Source: Bdellovibrionia bacterium
Lineage (GTDB): Bacteria > Bdellovibrionota > UBA1018
DNA length: 23,963 nt
Direction: 5' to 3'
Assembly: GCA_045805065.1 (NCBI GenBank)
Contig: JBJMMA010000065.1
Location: forward strand, 1 to 23,963
In this document: positions 1 through 9,605 of the stretch, piece by piece
Numbering within the stretch: position 1 is the stretch's first letter
Layout: each line of letters starts with the position of its first letter
Program-made: the position numbers and the translations under genes
Notes under the pieces: generated by a model
What the model was told of the DNA's origin: nothing
Database searches by the model: none
What the model saw: the letters and a program-made list of their open reading frames with translations, nothing else

Positions 1-379
1 GCAGATCGTGAGTGCGTAGACCTGCTTCAACATGTCCGAATGGAATGCGTCGGTAGAAACAAACGACCGCAGTCACAAATACGGTGGTAGTGTCACCTTG
101 TGCTAGCACAAGATCAGGTGAAGTCGTTGCGAGGACTCGGTCGATTTTTTCAAAGAGTCGAGAGGTCAGTATGGACAGGCTTTGTCCTGGAGTCATTGCG
201 TCAAGATCGATATCAACTTTGAGATCAAACTGTGCCAACGCTTGGTCTAGCATCTGGCGATGCTGGGCAGTGCCAAGTACGATCGTTTCAAACTTGGAGC
301 AGGCGCGAAGAGCCTGAATAACTGGGGCCATTTTGATGGCCTCAGGGCGTGTTCCCACAACGCATACGATTTTTTTCAT
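1..379 (-). CDS. wecB: UDP-N-acetylglucosamine 2-epimerase (non-hydrolysing), 5' part; continues beyond the left edge
   Basis: Not in the ORF track. My translation of the minus strand from ATG at 379 gives MKKIVCVVGTRPEAIKMAPVI...GTAQHRQMLDQ...LAQGDTTTVF...GHVEAGLRT. These are the GTRPEAIK, GDTTT and HVEAGLRT signatures of WecB. The start overlaps the upstream stop (TAATG). Confidence 0.95.
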   Translation of the reverse strand, partial: MKKIVCVVGTRPEAIKMAPVIQALRACSKFETIVLGTAQHRQMLDQALAQFDLKVDIDLDAMTPGQSLSILTSRLFEKIDRVLATTSPDLVLAQGDTTTVFVTAVVCFYRRIPFGHVEAGLRTHDL

Positions 380-1551
380 TAAATGACCTCACTGTATAAA
401 TCGAGGTAGCGTTTTGTAATGGCTTCCCAGGTGTATCCTTTATGCCATGCCTCGCGTCCCTTGGCTCCGCGATCTTTCAAAGCAGCTGGGTTCGAAAGTA
501 ATCGCTCCAATGCCTGGGTTGCCTGTTGAACGCTGACTGCAGCTTTACCTTCTTTTTGTTCAGTAAGAGAAAGGACCTCCCCGGAGCCCAGCCACTCACT
601 GATTTCCTGACTGTTTCCGGCACTAGACGCTAGAAAAGGTGCCCCAGCTGCCGCGGCTTCAAAAAGGACGATGGGAGAACACTCAACATTGGAAAAGAAG
701 GTGAAGAGGTCAGCATCGGCATAGGCGTCGAGGACTTCATCCCGGGAAAGTTCGAGTACATCAATGCGCTTGCGCTGAAGGAGAAGCCTTGGATCAATCC
801 GACTCATTTTCTCTGATAGCTGGCACTTCCAGTGGCATCGACGTGAGAGGCGATTGCCGACAATTAGAAGATGGGCGTCGCTCACTCGGGCCTGGCGAAA
901 GGCCTGAATTAACTCATCGTGCCCCTTGAATCCGGTGTGGGATCCGACGTGAAGCAGGAGTCGTGTCTCTTTGTTGATGCCAAGTCGAACTCTCATTCGA
1001 CCACGGCGCTGATGGATTTCATTGAACTCCTCAGCTGCGGCTCCATTCGGAATGAGTTGAATCTTGTTGTATCCGGCCTCTTTAAGGTAGCGGGTGTCCT
1101 GATACGAGTCAGAAAGGATAACGCAACGGTCGACGGATTTGAGCCATTCTTTCAATTTCAAAAAATACTCGCGGTAAGAGTCCACGTGCAGGCCTGAGAA
1201 ACCACAAGGAACCAGGACTTTGCGGCCCGAAATTTCTTGCAGGTGAGGCAAAAGCGCATCCGTAGTCCATTGCTGGGCAGCATACATCATGATGACATCG
1301 AACTTTTCGGTATTCACCCATTCGCGATAGCGCTCGACTTCGCCTTCCATTCCTTGGGTCCAGTTGCCACGAACTTTGAATTCTTCAATCTGTACGCCGT
1401 TATGAAACTTCGATTTGCGCTCAGGAAGATGAGTCGTTGCGACTGTTACGTGATGCCCCAGGCGCACCATTTCTTCGGAGAGCCTTCGAACCACTTCTTG
1501 CGCCCCTCCGATATGTGGCCAGTAAAATTCCACGGCATGAAGAATCTTCAT
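379..1551 (-). CDS. Glycosyltransferase family 4 (GT-B)
   Basis: MKILH..FYWPHIGGAQEVV..GHHVTVAT N-terminus, LIPNGA, and a C-terminal E-x7-E motif (VECSPIVLFEAAAAGAP). Confidence 0.9.
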   Translation of the reverse strand: MKILHAVEFYWPHIGGAQEVVRRLSEEMVRLGHHVTVATTHLPERKSKFHNGVQIEEFKVRGNWTQGMEGEVERYREWVNTEKFDVIMMYAAQQWTTDALLPHLQEISGRKVLVPCGFSGLHVDSYREYFLKLKEWLKSVDRCVILSDSYQDTRYLKEAGYNKIQLIPNGAAAEEFNEIHQRRGRMRVRLGINKETRLLLHVGSHTGFKGHDELIQAFRQARVSDAHLLIVGNRLSRRCHWKCQLSEKMSRIDPRLLLQRKRIDVLELSRDEVLDAYADADLFTFFSNVECSPIVLFEAAAAGAPFLASSAGNSQEISEWLGSGEVLSLTEQKEGKAAVSVQQATQALERLLSNPAALKDRGAKGREAWHKGYTWEAITKRYLDLYSEVI

Positions 1552-2478
1552 TTAGTTCTCCAGTCGTATCCAGGAGGAAGGGACAACGTCATCGGTCTTC
1601 ACGTTTGGGTCAGCGATCCAACGCTTAGGAGCAATGACTCTCTGACCTGGCTGAGTGCAGAGCCATGCTCCCCACCAGCTGAAGCTGCTATTCGCGATGA
1701 TATGATGCGAGCAGGTCTTCATGAGCATAAGGTCAGCTTCAGGCTGCGATGCGGAGTTTGCATCAACATAGACGACTCTCGATGAACCGGTTTTCAAATT
1801 CGAACGGCACCAATCAATATCGTCAGAGAAAATGAATAGTTCGATCTCTCCCATGTTCGAGGCAAACCATTGGATTGCTTCTTCATAGTATCGAAGCGAG
1901 CATTGCCCATGAAAGCGGGCTGCTTCTGGATTACTCACATAGTCGCCACGCCTGATGTGGAGAGATACAGGTCTTGAGGACCTCTGAATTAGCTTCAGGA
2001 TATCCTGAGACTTCTGATTCAGTTGATCCCGAAGCTGCAGTTCATTCAAGAGGCTCGGGCGGATATCCTGAAAGTATTTTTCGGACTGCCAGTATCCGCG
2101 AAGCAATACAGGTGTACGCAGATTTAAAATCTGCTCGTCATAGACAAAGGGCCCGCTTTTCTCACGGTAGCTCTTGCCGGGTGGATGAGAAAATGAAGAG
2201 AGGACCCGTTGAGCTTTGCGGATTAACTTATTCTTTGAGAACTGCGTGCGTTCAAATAAGCGTTGCTCGTTGGGAGTGGCCATGCGGCCTTGGATTTGAA
2301 AGCGATCCAGTTCGAATTTGCGCAGCGAATAGTCCGCAAAAGGGCGAAGATCCCAAACCAGCTCAGCCCCGAGTTTGTGAGCCAAAGCTCGTCCACAGGC
2401 ATATTGAAAGATCTGATTTCCTAAACCGCCAAGGATTTCGACTGCAACGATGTTAGGGGAGTGATTCAGCGTAGTCAT
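1552..2478 (-). CDS. Alpha-1,2-fucosyltransferase family protein (GT11)
   Basis: GGLGNQIFQYA, GYWQSEKYF, SLHIRRGDY (GDP-fucose-binding HxRRGDY), FIFSDD and IIANSSFSWWGAWL are the GT11 motifs. Confidence 0.93.
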   Translation of the reverse strand: MTTLNHSPNIVAVEILGGLGNQIFQYACGRALAHKLGAELVWDLRPFADYSLRKFELDRFQIQGRMATPNEQRLFERTQFSKNKLIRKAQRVLSSFSHPPGKSYREKSGPFVYDEQILNLRTPVLLRGYWQSEKYFQDIRPSLLNELQLRDQLNQKSQDILKLIQRSSRPVSLHIRRGDYVSNPEAARFHGQCSLRYYEEAIQWFASNMGEIELFIFSDDIDWCRSNLKTGSSRVVYVDANSASQPEADLMLMKTCSHHIIANSSFSWWGAWLCTQPGQRVIAPKRWIADPNVKTDDVVPSSWIRLEN

Positions 2479-2480
2479 GA

Positions 2481-3266
2481 CTAAAACTTCTTTGTTTGAA
2501 GCGTCTTTAGTTTACGCCAGGTTGATAGAAGGGCAATGTACGCTGCCTTAGGCCACTGCTGAACTTTTGTAACTCGGCTGCGTGCGTAATCTTTGTAAAC
2601 CCAGAAAAGGCGTTGCGAAGCGGCATTGTCGCGACCACGGATGCTCAGTGCAGGCTGATCACGGTACTCAATGAGAGGAGTGGCTTCATAAAAAACATTT
2701 CCGAGCTCAGCCATGCGAAGCCAAAGATGGTAATCTTCAACCGCCTTGAATTTCAAGTCCTCAGAAAAGCCACCGGCCCGAAGCACATCATTACGTCTTA
2801 CGAGAGCGGAACTGCAGATGACTCTGTTCTCTCGCGCAAGCTTTCTGAAGGTCAGGATCTCTGAGGCATTATAGGGAAGAAGTAAGCCTTTCCTCTGGCC
2901 GTCCACTACACGCCAAGCATTACTAGACACCACGCTGATGTTCCTGTCCTTGATTCTCTCAAGCTGGGATTCGAGCTTTCCCGGAAGCCAGACGTCATCA
3001 TTGTCTAGGAAGGCCAAGTACTCAGATTGCGCGACTTGGATACCGCGGTTTCTCGGTTTGGCAGGCAAGCCGCCATGAGGACCGGGCAGCCACTTAACTC
3101 GTGGGTCAGTGTATGCAGCAACAACGTTTGCGCTCTCATCAGTGGAGCCGTCATCACACACGAGGACCTCGGCTACCTGATTTCCTTGTTTCAAGGCGCT
3201 TTCAATTGCTTTACCTACGAATGATGCGCCATTCCAATTTGGAATGATGACACTTACCCGATTCAA
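2481..3266 (-). CDS. Glycosyltransferase family 2
   Basis: VSVIIPNWN, DDGSTD, RNRGI, FLDNDD and EDYHLWLR motifs. TTG at 3266 has a GGAG SD 8 nt upstream; the ORF-track GTG at 3284 is an alternative start. Confidence 0.9.
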   Translation of the reverse strand: MNRVSVIIPNWNGASFVGKAIESALKQGNQVAEVLVCDDGSTDESANVVAAYTDPRVKWLPGPHGGLPAKPRNRGIQVAQSEYLAFLDNDDVWLPGKLESQLERIKDRNISVVSSNAWRVVDGQRKGLLLPYNASEILTFRKLARENRVICSSALVRRNDVLRAGGFSEDLKFKAVEDYHLWLRMAELGNVFYEATPLIEYRDQPALSIRGRDNAASQRLFWVYKDYARSRVTKVQQWPKAAYIALLSTWRKLKTLQTKKF

Positions 3267-3353
3267 AGTGGATTCTCCGAGCACAGGAAAACACTACCGA
3301 ACGAAAAAAGCCATGCTAACGCGTTCAAAATCCTATAAAAATCAAAATTACTA

Positions 3354-5051
3354 ATGAAAAGCTGGAAAGTCACTGATGCACGCTGGGCAAGTCTTGGAGA
3401 CTTGAATCTTCCCTTTTGGAAATCCTGGAATAAAGAGAACCCTTTGCCGGATGGTTTTTGGCAGAGGATCTGGGAATATCCATACATTGCTTCGAGAGTT
3501 CCACAGGGAATGCCCAGTTTGGACGTTGGTGGAACTTATCCGTTCGTGCTTTTCAAAAATTGGCCGAAGGCCATCTCAGTCGATATTCGCGATCTGAACC
3601 AGCTTAAGCATCCGCACCATCTCGGCAAGTGGCCCCAAGGGAAGCTTCTGATTTCGGATGCAACGCAGATCCCGGTCAGCGATGGCTCTTATCCTTATGC
3701 ATTCAGCGTTTCAGCGATCGAGGAAATGCCGAATCCGCTTGCAGTGGCCAAGGAGATGCTCCGGATCGCCAAGGACAGAGTGGTTCTGACTTTGGACGTA
3801 AGTGAAAAGTTGGGCGTTACCCGCCAGCTTTTACGTGAGCTCGAAGAAGAGCTGGGCTTTAAGGTTCCTCCGATCCCAAACGACGTGCTGCACTCCCGAC
3901 GTGAGGAGCTTTTCTCGTTTGGGCAGACTCCGAAAGAAGAGTACGAGCACATCCGCGTTCTTGGTCTGACACTGGATTCCCGTGACCGCCCGAAATCAAC
4001 GGCGATCCTGATTCCTCATTGGGAGAGCTATTCTTTCCTGAAGCCCTGCCTTGAGGCGATTGAGCAGAATGCCTCGCCCGAGATCCAGCATCACGTCTAT
4101 GTCCTCGACGACTCGAGTCGTGACGGAAGCTTTGAAAAAGGGCAAAAGGATTTCGCTCATCGTACGGACATCAAGTGGGTTTCAATCCAGCGCGAGAACA
4201 AGACTTACGACGCCGACGTGGGACTGCTTCTGGATCGTGGTCTAGAGCACGTGACTGAGCAATACGTCGCAATGATCGATGCAGATCTGTTTCCATTGAC
4301 CAAGGATTGGCTCTCTTTCCCGATCCGGATGATTGACGAGCATGATTGCAGTATGGCCGGATTGGATACCGGCTTATCTACAGCATATCTGCCGCAAATG
4401 AGGGATCAGAAAGTCTGGCAACCTCGAAGCGGGTATATTCCCGCTGGCGGGTTGTATGACAATGATTGGTTTTGCGTAATCAATAATTTGTATCGGCTCA
4501 TGCCAACGGCGCTTGCGAAGGTGGTCTCGGAGCAAATTGGATTTACTCGTGCAACCCCAAAGCCTACGCTGTTTGAGAAGGTCCGTAGAAGAGTGGTGGG
4601 ACGCTTGCGTCGCCATATGGACATAGACGCTTACACAAATAGGCGTGCCCCTTATCTACCTAAAGGAGCTGATAACGGTGTCGCTGCTAATCACTTCATC
4701 GACATCAACAAGCTTGGACCTAAGTTTAATATTCCGCTAACCAGCTATATCGGACTGACACCAAAGGATGGCGCGTTCGGGCAGAACATTTCCGGTTTAG
4801 CTTTTCACTTTGCCCTCAGCACAAGAGCCCTCTCTCGTGAGCGTCGTGAAATTTCGGATGCGGGAGATAAGTTCAATTACTGGGTCGCGCGACTACAAGA
4901 TAGCAAGGGTTTTAATGATCAGATACTTAAGGAGATGGTCGCAGCCAGTACGCATTTTCAGCCGGGTGGATATGACGGATCAATCCCGGTATCCTGGTAT
5001 GAAAATGAGTTTCGTTGGATCACCAGCCAGATCGGTGGGCGAAAAGGTTAA
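3354..5051 (+). CDS. Fusion of a class I SAM-methyltransferase-like domain (N-term) and a GT2-like glycosyltransferase (C-term)
   Basis: N-terminal RIWEYP..LDVGG..SVDIR..SDATQIP..FSVSAIEEM pattern (Methyltransf_11-like). From about aa 215: AILIPHWES..VLDDSSRDGS..YVAMIDADL (GT-A fold with DxD). Confidence 0.72.
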   Translation: MKSWKVTDARWASLGDLNLPFWKSWNKENPLPDGFWQRIWEYPYIASRVPQGMPSLDVGGTYPFVLFKNWPKAISVDIRDLNQLKHPHHLGKWPQGKLLISDATQIPVSDGSYPYAFSVSAIEEMPNPLAVAKEMLRIAKDRVVLTLDVSEKLGVTRQLLRELEEELGFKVPPIPNDVLHSRREELFSFGQTPKEEYEHIRVLGLTLDSRDRPKSTAILIPHWESYSFLKPCLEAIEQNASPEIQHHVYVLDDSSRDGSFEKGQKDFAHRTDIKWVSIQRENKTYDADVGLLLDRGLEHVTEQYVAMIDADLFPLTKDWLSFPIRMIDEHDCSMAGLDTGLSTAYLPQMRDQKVWQPRSGYIPAGGLYDNDWFCVINNLYRLMPTALAKVVSEQIGFTRATPKPTLFEKVRRRVVGRLRRHMDIDAYTNRRAPYLPKGADNGVAANHFIDINKLGPKFNIPLTSYIGLTPKDGAFGQNISGLAFHFALSTRALSRERREISDAGDKFNYWVARLQDSKGFNDQILKEMVAASTHFQPGGYDGSIPVSWYENEFRWITSQIGGRKG

Positions 5052-5088
5052 GTGACGCTGAGACTTCTGAAGTGACAGGTGAAAATTT

Positions 5089-5769
5089 ATGTTCTTTCCA
5101 GAAAAAATAAGATCGATTGGGCCAAATTATAAGGTTCTGGAAATCGGTCCTGGTGCACTACCATATGAAAGAGCGGATGTTTTTCTCGAGCTGCGCTATT
5201 CGGACGAGGAAACCTCGATTGCTCAAAGAGGGAATGTAAAAACTGCACCCAAATTGCAAAAGCCGGTTGTGTTCTATGATGGTGGGCGTTTTCCCTTTAA
5301 AGATAAGGAATTTGATTACGTGGTTTGCAGTCATGTGATCGAGCATGTGCCTGACCCGGTATCCTTTTGTTCGGAATTGTTCCGAATTGCGGGCAAGGGT
5401 TATATCGAGTATCCCTTGGCCACATATGAATATCTGTACAATTACGATGTTCATTTACATTTGCTGAAGAGGCAGAAAGACGGAAGATTGGCTTTTCTTC
5501 CAAAGTCAAAGACCAGACTCAGTGAGTTCAACCTTTTTCAGAATCTGAATCGAAAAATGCATGATGCCGGAGCTAATGCTCACTTGCTTGCATTTGAGCA
5601 TCTTTTCTTTGAAGGATTTGAATGGTCTGACTCATTCAAGGTTTTCGAGGTAAGTGATCTGTCGCAACTGCTGCCTGAGTTCTCACCCTCAATCGTGAAA
5701 GAAGAGGGCAGTCTTCGTCATTTCAAAAACTCGGCGCGGGAGTTTTTAAAGGCAATCAAGCTGCGTTGA
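5089..5769 (+). CDS. Class I SAM-dependent methyltransferase (Methyltransf_11-like)
   Basis: VLEIGPG motif I and FPFKDKEFDYVVCSHVIEHVPDP. Confidence 0.85.
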   Translation: MFFPEKIRSIGPNYKVLEIGPGALPYERADVFLELRYSDEETSIAQRGNVKTAPKLQKPVVFYDGGRFPFKDKEFDYVVCSHVIEHVPDPVSFCSELFRIAGKGYIEYPLATYEYLYNYDVHLHLLKRQKDGRLAFLPKSKTRLSEFNLFQNLNRKMHDAGANAHLLAFEHLFFEGFEWSDSFKVFEVSDLSQLLPEFSPSIVKEEGSLRHFKNSAREFLKAIKLR

Positions 5770-6663
5770 TTAGCCGTTTAGTAGATTCTGCTTCAACCAA
5801 AGTCTAAGCTTGTTTGGCAACAGCGCTTTGCCGGTTTTGGCAGCGGCAACCCAAAGGCAATAAATCGCGGGTTTAACGAATAACCCGTGGAAGCTGTTTG
5901 TTCCGCGAAACAAAGTGTAATCTGTGTAGCGATCCATTTTTCTGAGCTTGGCAGGATGGCTCAATGGAAAGATCATCTCTTGAGTTCTTAACGATGCGTA
6001 CTCCGGTGCGGTGTCATAAGTATGGGTAGCGTCTGGGCGGCCGCATCCAATATTGGAAACTAGATTGACGTTCGGTGCGATTGCAAGTCCACCTCGCTTT
6101 TCAACGCTCATACGCCATTGAGCGTCCCAAATGTGTTTGCGCTCCGATTCTGGAAGTAGATTGATATCGAAGTACTTCCACGCACGCTTCCAAGTTGCCC
6201 ATCCCCAGTTATGGGTCCAGTGGGAAAAATAATACGAGGCATTGCCTCGTTTCTTTCCAAACAGGAAGTTATTGCCGCTAATGTGCATGATGCGCGGCTC
6301 ATTTCGGTATTTTTCAAGAATCTCAGTCGCAAAACGGAAGAAACTGGGATCAGGAAGGCAATCGTCTTCGAAGATGATTCCCTCATCGACATGATCGAAA
6401 AACCAGCTGATTGCCTCAGATACGCCTCGAGCGCATCCTACGTTTTCAGTCAAAAAGCGCTTATGGACCTCGCAGGGCCAGTCGATGTGATCGACCACGG
6501 CACGAGCGCGTTGGCAGGCTTCGGCTTCTCCCGGTACATTTAGCCGCGGACCGTCAGCTGAAATGAAAAGTTTAGCAGGCCTTTGGCGCCGAATGGCCTC
6601 AAAGACCTGTGAGGTAGTGTCTTCACGATTGAATAAAACGAGCAGAACTGGTGCACAGCTCAT
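5770..6663 (-). CDS. Nucleotide-diphospho-sugar transferase (GT-A; HlpA-like glycosyltransferase)
   Basis: PVLLVLFNR, ISADGPR, NVGCARGVSEAISWFF, IIFEDDCLP, WGWATWKRAW and NLVSNIG motifs typical of this family. Confidence 0.85.
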   Translation of the reverse strand: MSCAPVLLVLFNREDTTSQVFEAIRRQRPAKLFISADGPRLNVPGEAEACQRARAVVDHIDWPCEVHKRFLTENVGCARGVSEAISWFFDHVDEGIIFEDDCLPDPSFFRFATEILEKYRNEPRIMHISGNNFLFGKKRGNASYYFSHWTHNWGWATWKRAWKYFDINLLPESERKHIWDAQWRMSVEKRGGLAIAPNVNLVSNIGCGRPDATHTYDTAPEYASLRTQEMIFPLSHPAKLRKMDRYTDYTLFRGTNSFHGLFVKPAIYCLWVAAAKTGKALLPNKLRLWLKQNLLNG

Positions 6664-6730
6664 ATAAAGAAGCGTCCGATTTTTTGATGTCGACTTTAGG
6701 TTGCGTCAGTGCAATTTTTACCATGTGAAT

Positions 6731-7720
6731 ATGAGCTTCACTAGTTTAAAGCGGCTTCTTTGGGGTCGCTCGCTGCAAAAGAGCGTTGCTTCTGAGCATC
6801 GAGGGGGACCTTGCTTAGTTCTAGTCCATCTTGGGCAGCAATGGATGCCTTATATAAATGAGTGTATCGCTCAAGCGTTTATATTCAATCCGGGTCTGCC
6901 AATCTATCTTGCGGCTTCTAAAACCCACAGTGTGAAGCTCTCACCACAAATCTCCACGAACGAGCGGCTCATATATGTGGACCTAGAATCGCTCATTCCG
7001 TCGAAGACTCACAAGAAATTCTTGAAGCAATCCAAGCTCGATACAGAATTTCGCGGTGGCTTCTGGAGGTTTGCAACGGAACGATTCTTCGTGCTGGATG
7101 AGTTGGTCTCAACCTATGGCTTGAAAGACTGCTTCCATATTGAGAACGATAATGTCGTATATACGTCCTTCAGTGAGCTCGCTCCAGTCTTTCATAAAAA
7201 CCACGTAAAGATGGCGGCTCCTTTTGATAATGACGAACGCTGCATTCCCAGTTTCGTCTATTTTAGAGACGCCGAGGCTTCTGGTCATCTGGTGAGCTAT
7301 TTGGCCAGGGCAAGTCGATCCGAGGCGCTGAACGACATGCAGACGCTGGCCTTGTACCGCAAGAAGCAACCTGGTGAAGTGACTCCTCTGCCGATTGTTC
7401 CGACTGGGTATGAATGTGATTGGACCACTCCTTCGGGACAGAAATCGCAAGAGCCCTGGATTTATACCCATCTTGCTGATCAGTTCGGATCAATCTTTGA
7501 TGCTGCGGCCCTTGGCCAGTTCATTGGTGGAGTGGACGGCGCTGACCGGAAAATCGGGTTTATTAATGAAAGTTGCGTGTTCAATCCTTCGGCTTTGAAC
7601 ATTGATTGGCGCCATGATGAACAGGGAAGAAAGATCCCTTATGTTCTATGGAAGGGTGTGAGTTACCGGATCAACAATCTACACATTCATTCCAAAGAAC
7701 TTCATAAATTCAGATCATGA
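6731..7720 (+). CDS. Conserved hypothetical protein, probable GT-A glycosyltransferase
   Basis: 339-aa ORF (track start 6701; ATG at 6731 preferred) with FW..ATERFF, HIENDN (DxD-like), FDAAALGQFIGG and NLHIHSK. Its stop overlaps the next start (ATGA). Confidence 0.6.
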   Translation: MSFTSLKRLLWGRSLQKSVASEHRGGPCLVLVHLGQQWMPYINECIAQAFIFNPGLPIYLAASKTHSVKLSPQISTNERLIYVDLESLIPSKTHKKFLKQSKLDTEFRGGFWRFATERFFVLDELVSTYGLKDCFHIENDNVVYTSFSELAPVFHKNHVKMAAPFDNDERCIPSFVYFRDAEASGHLVSYLARASRSEALNDMQTLALYRKKQPGEVTPLPIVPTGYECDWTTPSGQKSQEPWIYTHLADQFGSIFDAAALGQFIGGVDGADRKIGFINESCVFNPSALNIDWRHDEQGRKIPYVLWKGVSYRINNLHIHSKELHKFRS

Positions 7721-8661
7721 GTCTTTTCGGACCGTTTCCTTATACCTTTGTGCATGGTGACCGATTTGCTGAGGCGGCAGATCTTGTTTTCTCTACGCGT
7801 AATCGAGAACCATGGACCCAAACGAAACTATTTAAAAAAATCGAATCAATAGACGAGAACGTCGTGGTTATTTACGCGGCCACTCATGACGTGAACCCGC
7901 TTTTCAAATTGCTGAGTGGGTTATCGGGCCCAAAGATCGTTTTGATCTCCCACAACAGCGATGGTCGTGTCCGGGACCGGGACTTCAGGGAAGGGGATGC
8001 GGATGTTAACCTTCTGCCACCCTCGGTTGTGAGGTGGTTTGGCCAGAACGTTGAAGTGAAGCATCCTTTGATTGAATGTATTCCCATCGGGCTTGAGCGA
8101 CCATGTGTTGACCTGCATGCAAAGAAGTTGAAGAAACTGAAGAGTGTGATGTTGCAGACGGCGCGTCCTCGCTCCACAAGGGTTTACGTCAATCATGTGA
8201 TCAGAACGAATCCCGTCGAGAGAAAAGCGGCCTATGATGCGTTTCTGGACAAGGACTTTGCGCTTAAGCATGAGGGCGGACTTACCTTTGTTCAGTACCT
8301 CGAGCAGATGCGGAGTAGTGAATTCTGCGTGAGCCCGCCTGGCAACGGACCTGATTGTCACCGAACTTGGGAGTGCCTTTATCTGGGGACTGTTCCGATC
8401 GTGAAGCGCTCTCTTCTCACTGAGGCGCTTTATTCGGATCTGCCCGTGCTCCAGGTCAGTGATTATCAAGAAGTCACGGAGAACTATCTGAATTCCTTTT
8501 TAAGCCAATGGAAAGGGGTCTCGATTGATCCAAAGCGAATCAGCGCTGAGTATTACTGGGAGAAGATTGGTAACGCCGCAAGACAACTGGATCCGAATAG
8601 AAAACTAAGAACTGAAAAAATGGGACCAGGTTTTTTGCTGAGAAAAATATTTCAGGATTAG
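7717..8661 (+). CDS. Exostosin-like (GT47-related) glycosyltransferase
   Basis: C-terminal SEFCVSPPGNGPDCHRTWECLYLGTVPIV resembles the exostosin F-C-L-x-P-x-G...R-x-x-E-A/C-L-x-x-G-x-I/V-P-V motif. Confidence 0.7.
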   Translation: MSLFGPFPYTFVHGDRFAEAADLVFSTRNREPWTQTKLFKKIESIDENVVVIYAATHDVNPLFKLLSGLSGPKIVLISHNSDGRVRDRDFREGDADVNLLPPSVVRWFGQNVEVKHPLIECIPIGLERPCVDLHAKKLKKLKSVMLQTARPRSTRVYVNHVIRTNPVERKAAYDAFLDKDFALKHEGGLTFVQYLEQMRSSEFCVSPPGNGPDCHRTWECLYLGTVPIVKRSLLTEALYSDLPVLQVSDYQEVTENYLNSFLSQWKGVSIDPKRISAEYYWEKIGNAARQLDPNRKLRTEKMGPGFLLRKIFQD

Positions 8662-9605
8662 CGAAAGAGCCTTGGAACGCCAACTTTTGCGGTCCACTCA
8701 GCAGTGCCCAGTAAAAAGCGGATTGGGTGTGAAAATGCAGCACAAAGCCTCACTATAAAGGCTTTCCATTCACCCAGTGCTGCAAGCGCAATCAAAGTCC
8801 TGATCTGCAGGTTGATCAGGTTCTCTTTTGCAGCAGGGGAAGGCAGATGATTCCATCGACTTGAATTGAAGCCTGAGATGTTCCAGAAATCATGATGCCA
8901 TTTTTCTTTCCGGATCACTTCTGTTAGGCGACGTGTGTTTTCGCGCTGGGTGTTTGACTGGGAATTGGAAATGCTGGAGGGGTGGTCCCGATAGCGGTAA
9001 AGAGTTTCTCCCAGGTTGGCGATTCGGTATTTGCGGGCGAGTCTTGCCCATAAATCAAAATCTTCAATGTGACGGGCGCCGGGGGACTCTGAGTAAAGTC
9101 CCGCTTTTAAAATGGCTTCACGTCTGAACATGACAGATCCGTGGACGAAGGTGTTGCCAAAGAGGAATGCATCGCCAATCTGCTCATGAAAGCAAAAAGG
9201 GAAGACCTGCCGATGAGTGACAGAGTCTGAAAAGACTTCAGCTGCCGTTCCTACCAGGGCGCAGTCAGGATTGGTTTCCAGGAATGCAACCTGACGCTCG
9301 AAGCGGCCGGGTAATGACAGGTCATCAGCGTCGTGACGAGCGATGAGTTCAGTAGTGGAAAGTTCGATACCGCGATTGAGCGTTTTTACAATTCCCATGT
9401 TGGGTTGTCTAATCGAGCGCACGCGGCTGTCCTGACTGACAAATCGATCAATGATTTCCTGAGAGCGATCGGTTGATCCGTCATTAATGATCAAGAGCTC
9501 GAATCGAGCGAACGTCTGATTCAGAACGCTCTCAATTGCGTCCGACAGGTAATCTTCGGCATTATATACCGGCATGAGCACGGTCAGAACCGGGGCATGA
9601 GTCAT
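8658..9605 (-). CDS. Glycosyltransferase family 2
   Basis: LTVLMPVYNAE, INDGSTD, ARHDADD, HGSVMFRR and EDFDLW. Confidence 0.93.
   Translation of the reverse strand: MTHAPVLTVLMPVYNAEDYLSDAIESVLNQTFARFELLIINDGSTDRSQEIIDRFVSQDSRVRSIRQPNMGIVKTLNRGIELSTTELIARHDADDLSLPGRFERQVAFLETNPDCALVGTAAEVFSDSVTHRQVFPFCFHEQIGDAFLFGNTFVHGSVMFRREAILKAGLYSESPGARHIEDFDLWARLARKYRIANLGETLYRYRDHPSSISNSQSNTQRENTRRLTEVIRKEKWHHDFWNISGFNSSRWNHLPSPAAKENLINLQIRTLIALAALGEWKAFIVRLCAAFSHPIRFLLGTAEWTAKVGVPRLFR

Noticed and set aside
84..317. 77-aa plus-strand ORF
   Set aside because: It lies opposite the clear wecB reading frame.
3263..3487. 74-aa minus ORF whose stop overlaps the GT2 start, a possible gene remnant
   Set aside because: The TGA arises automatically from TTG-AAT, the ORF overlaps the divergent 565-aa gene, and I see no family signal.
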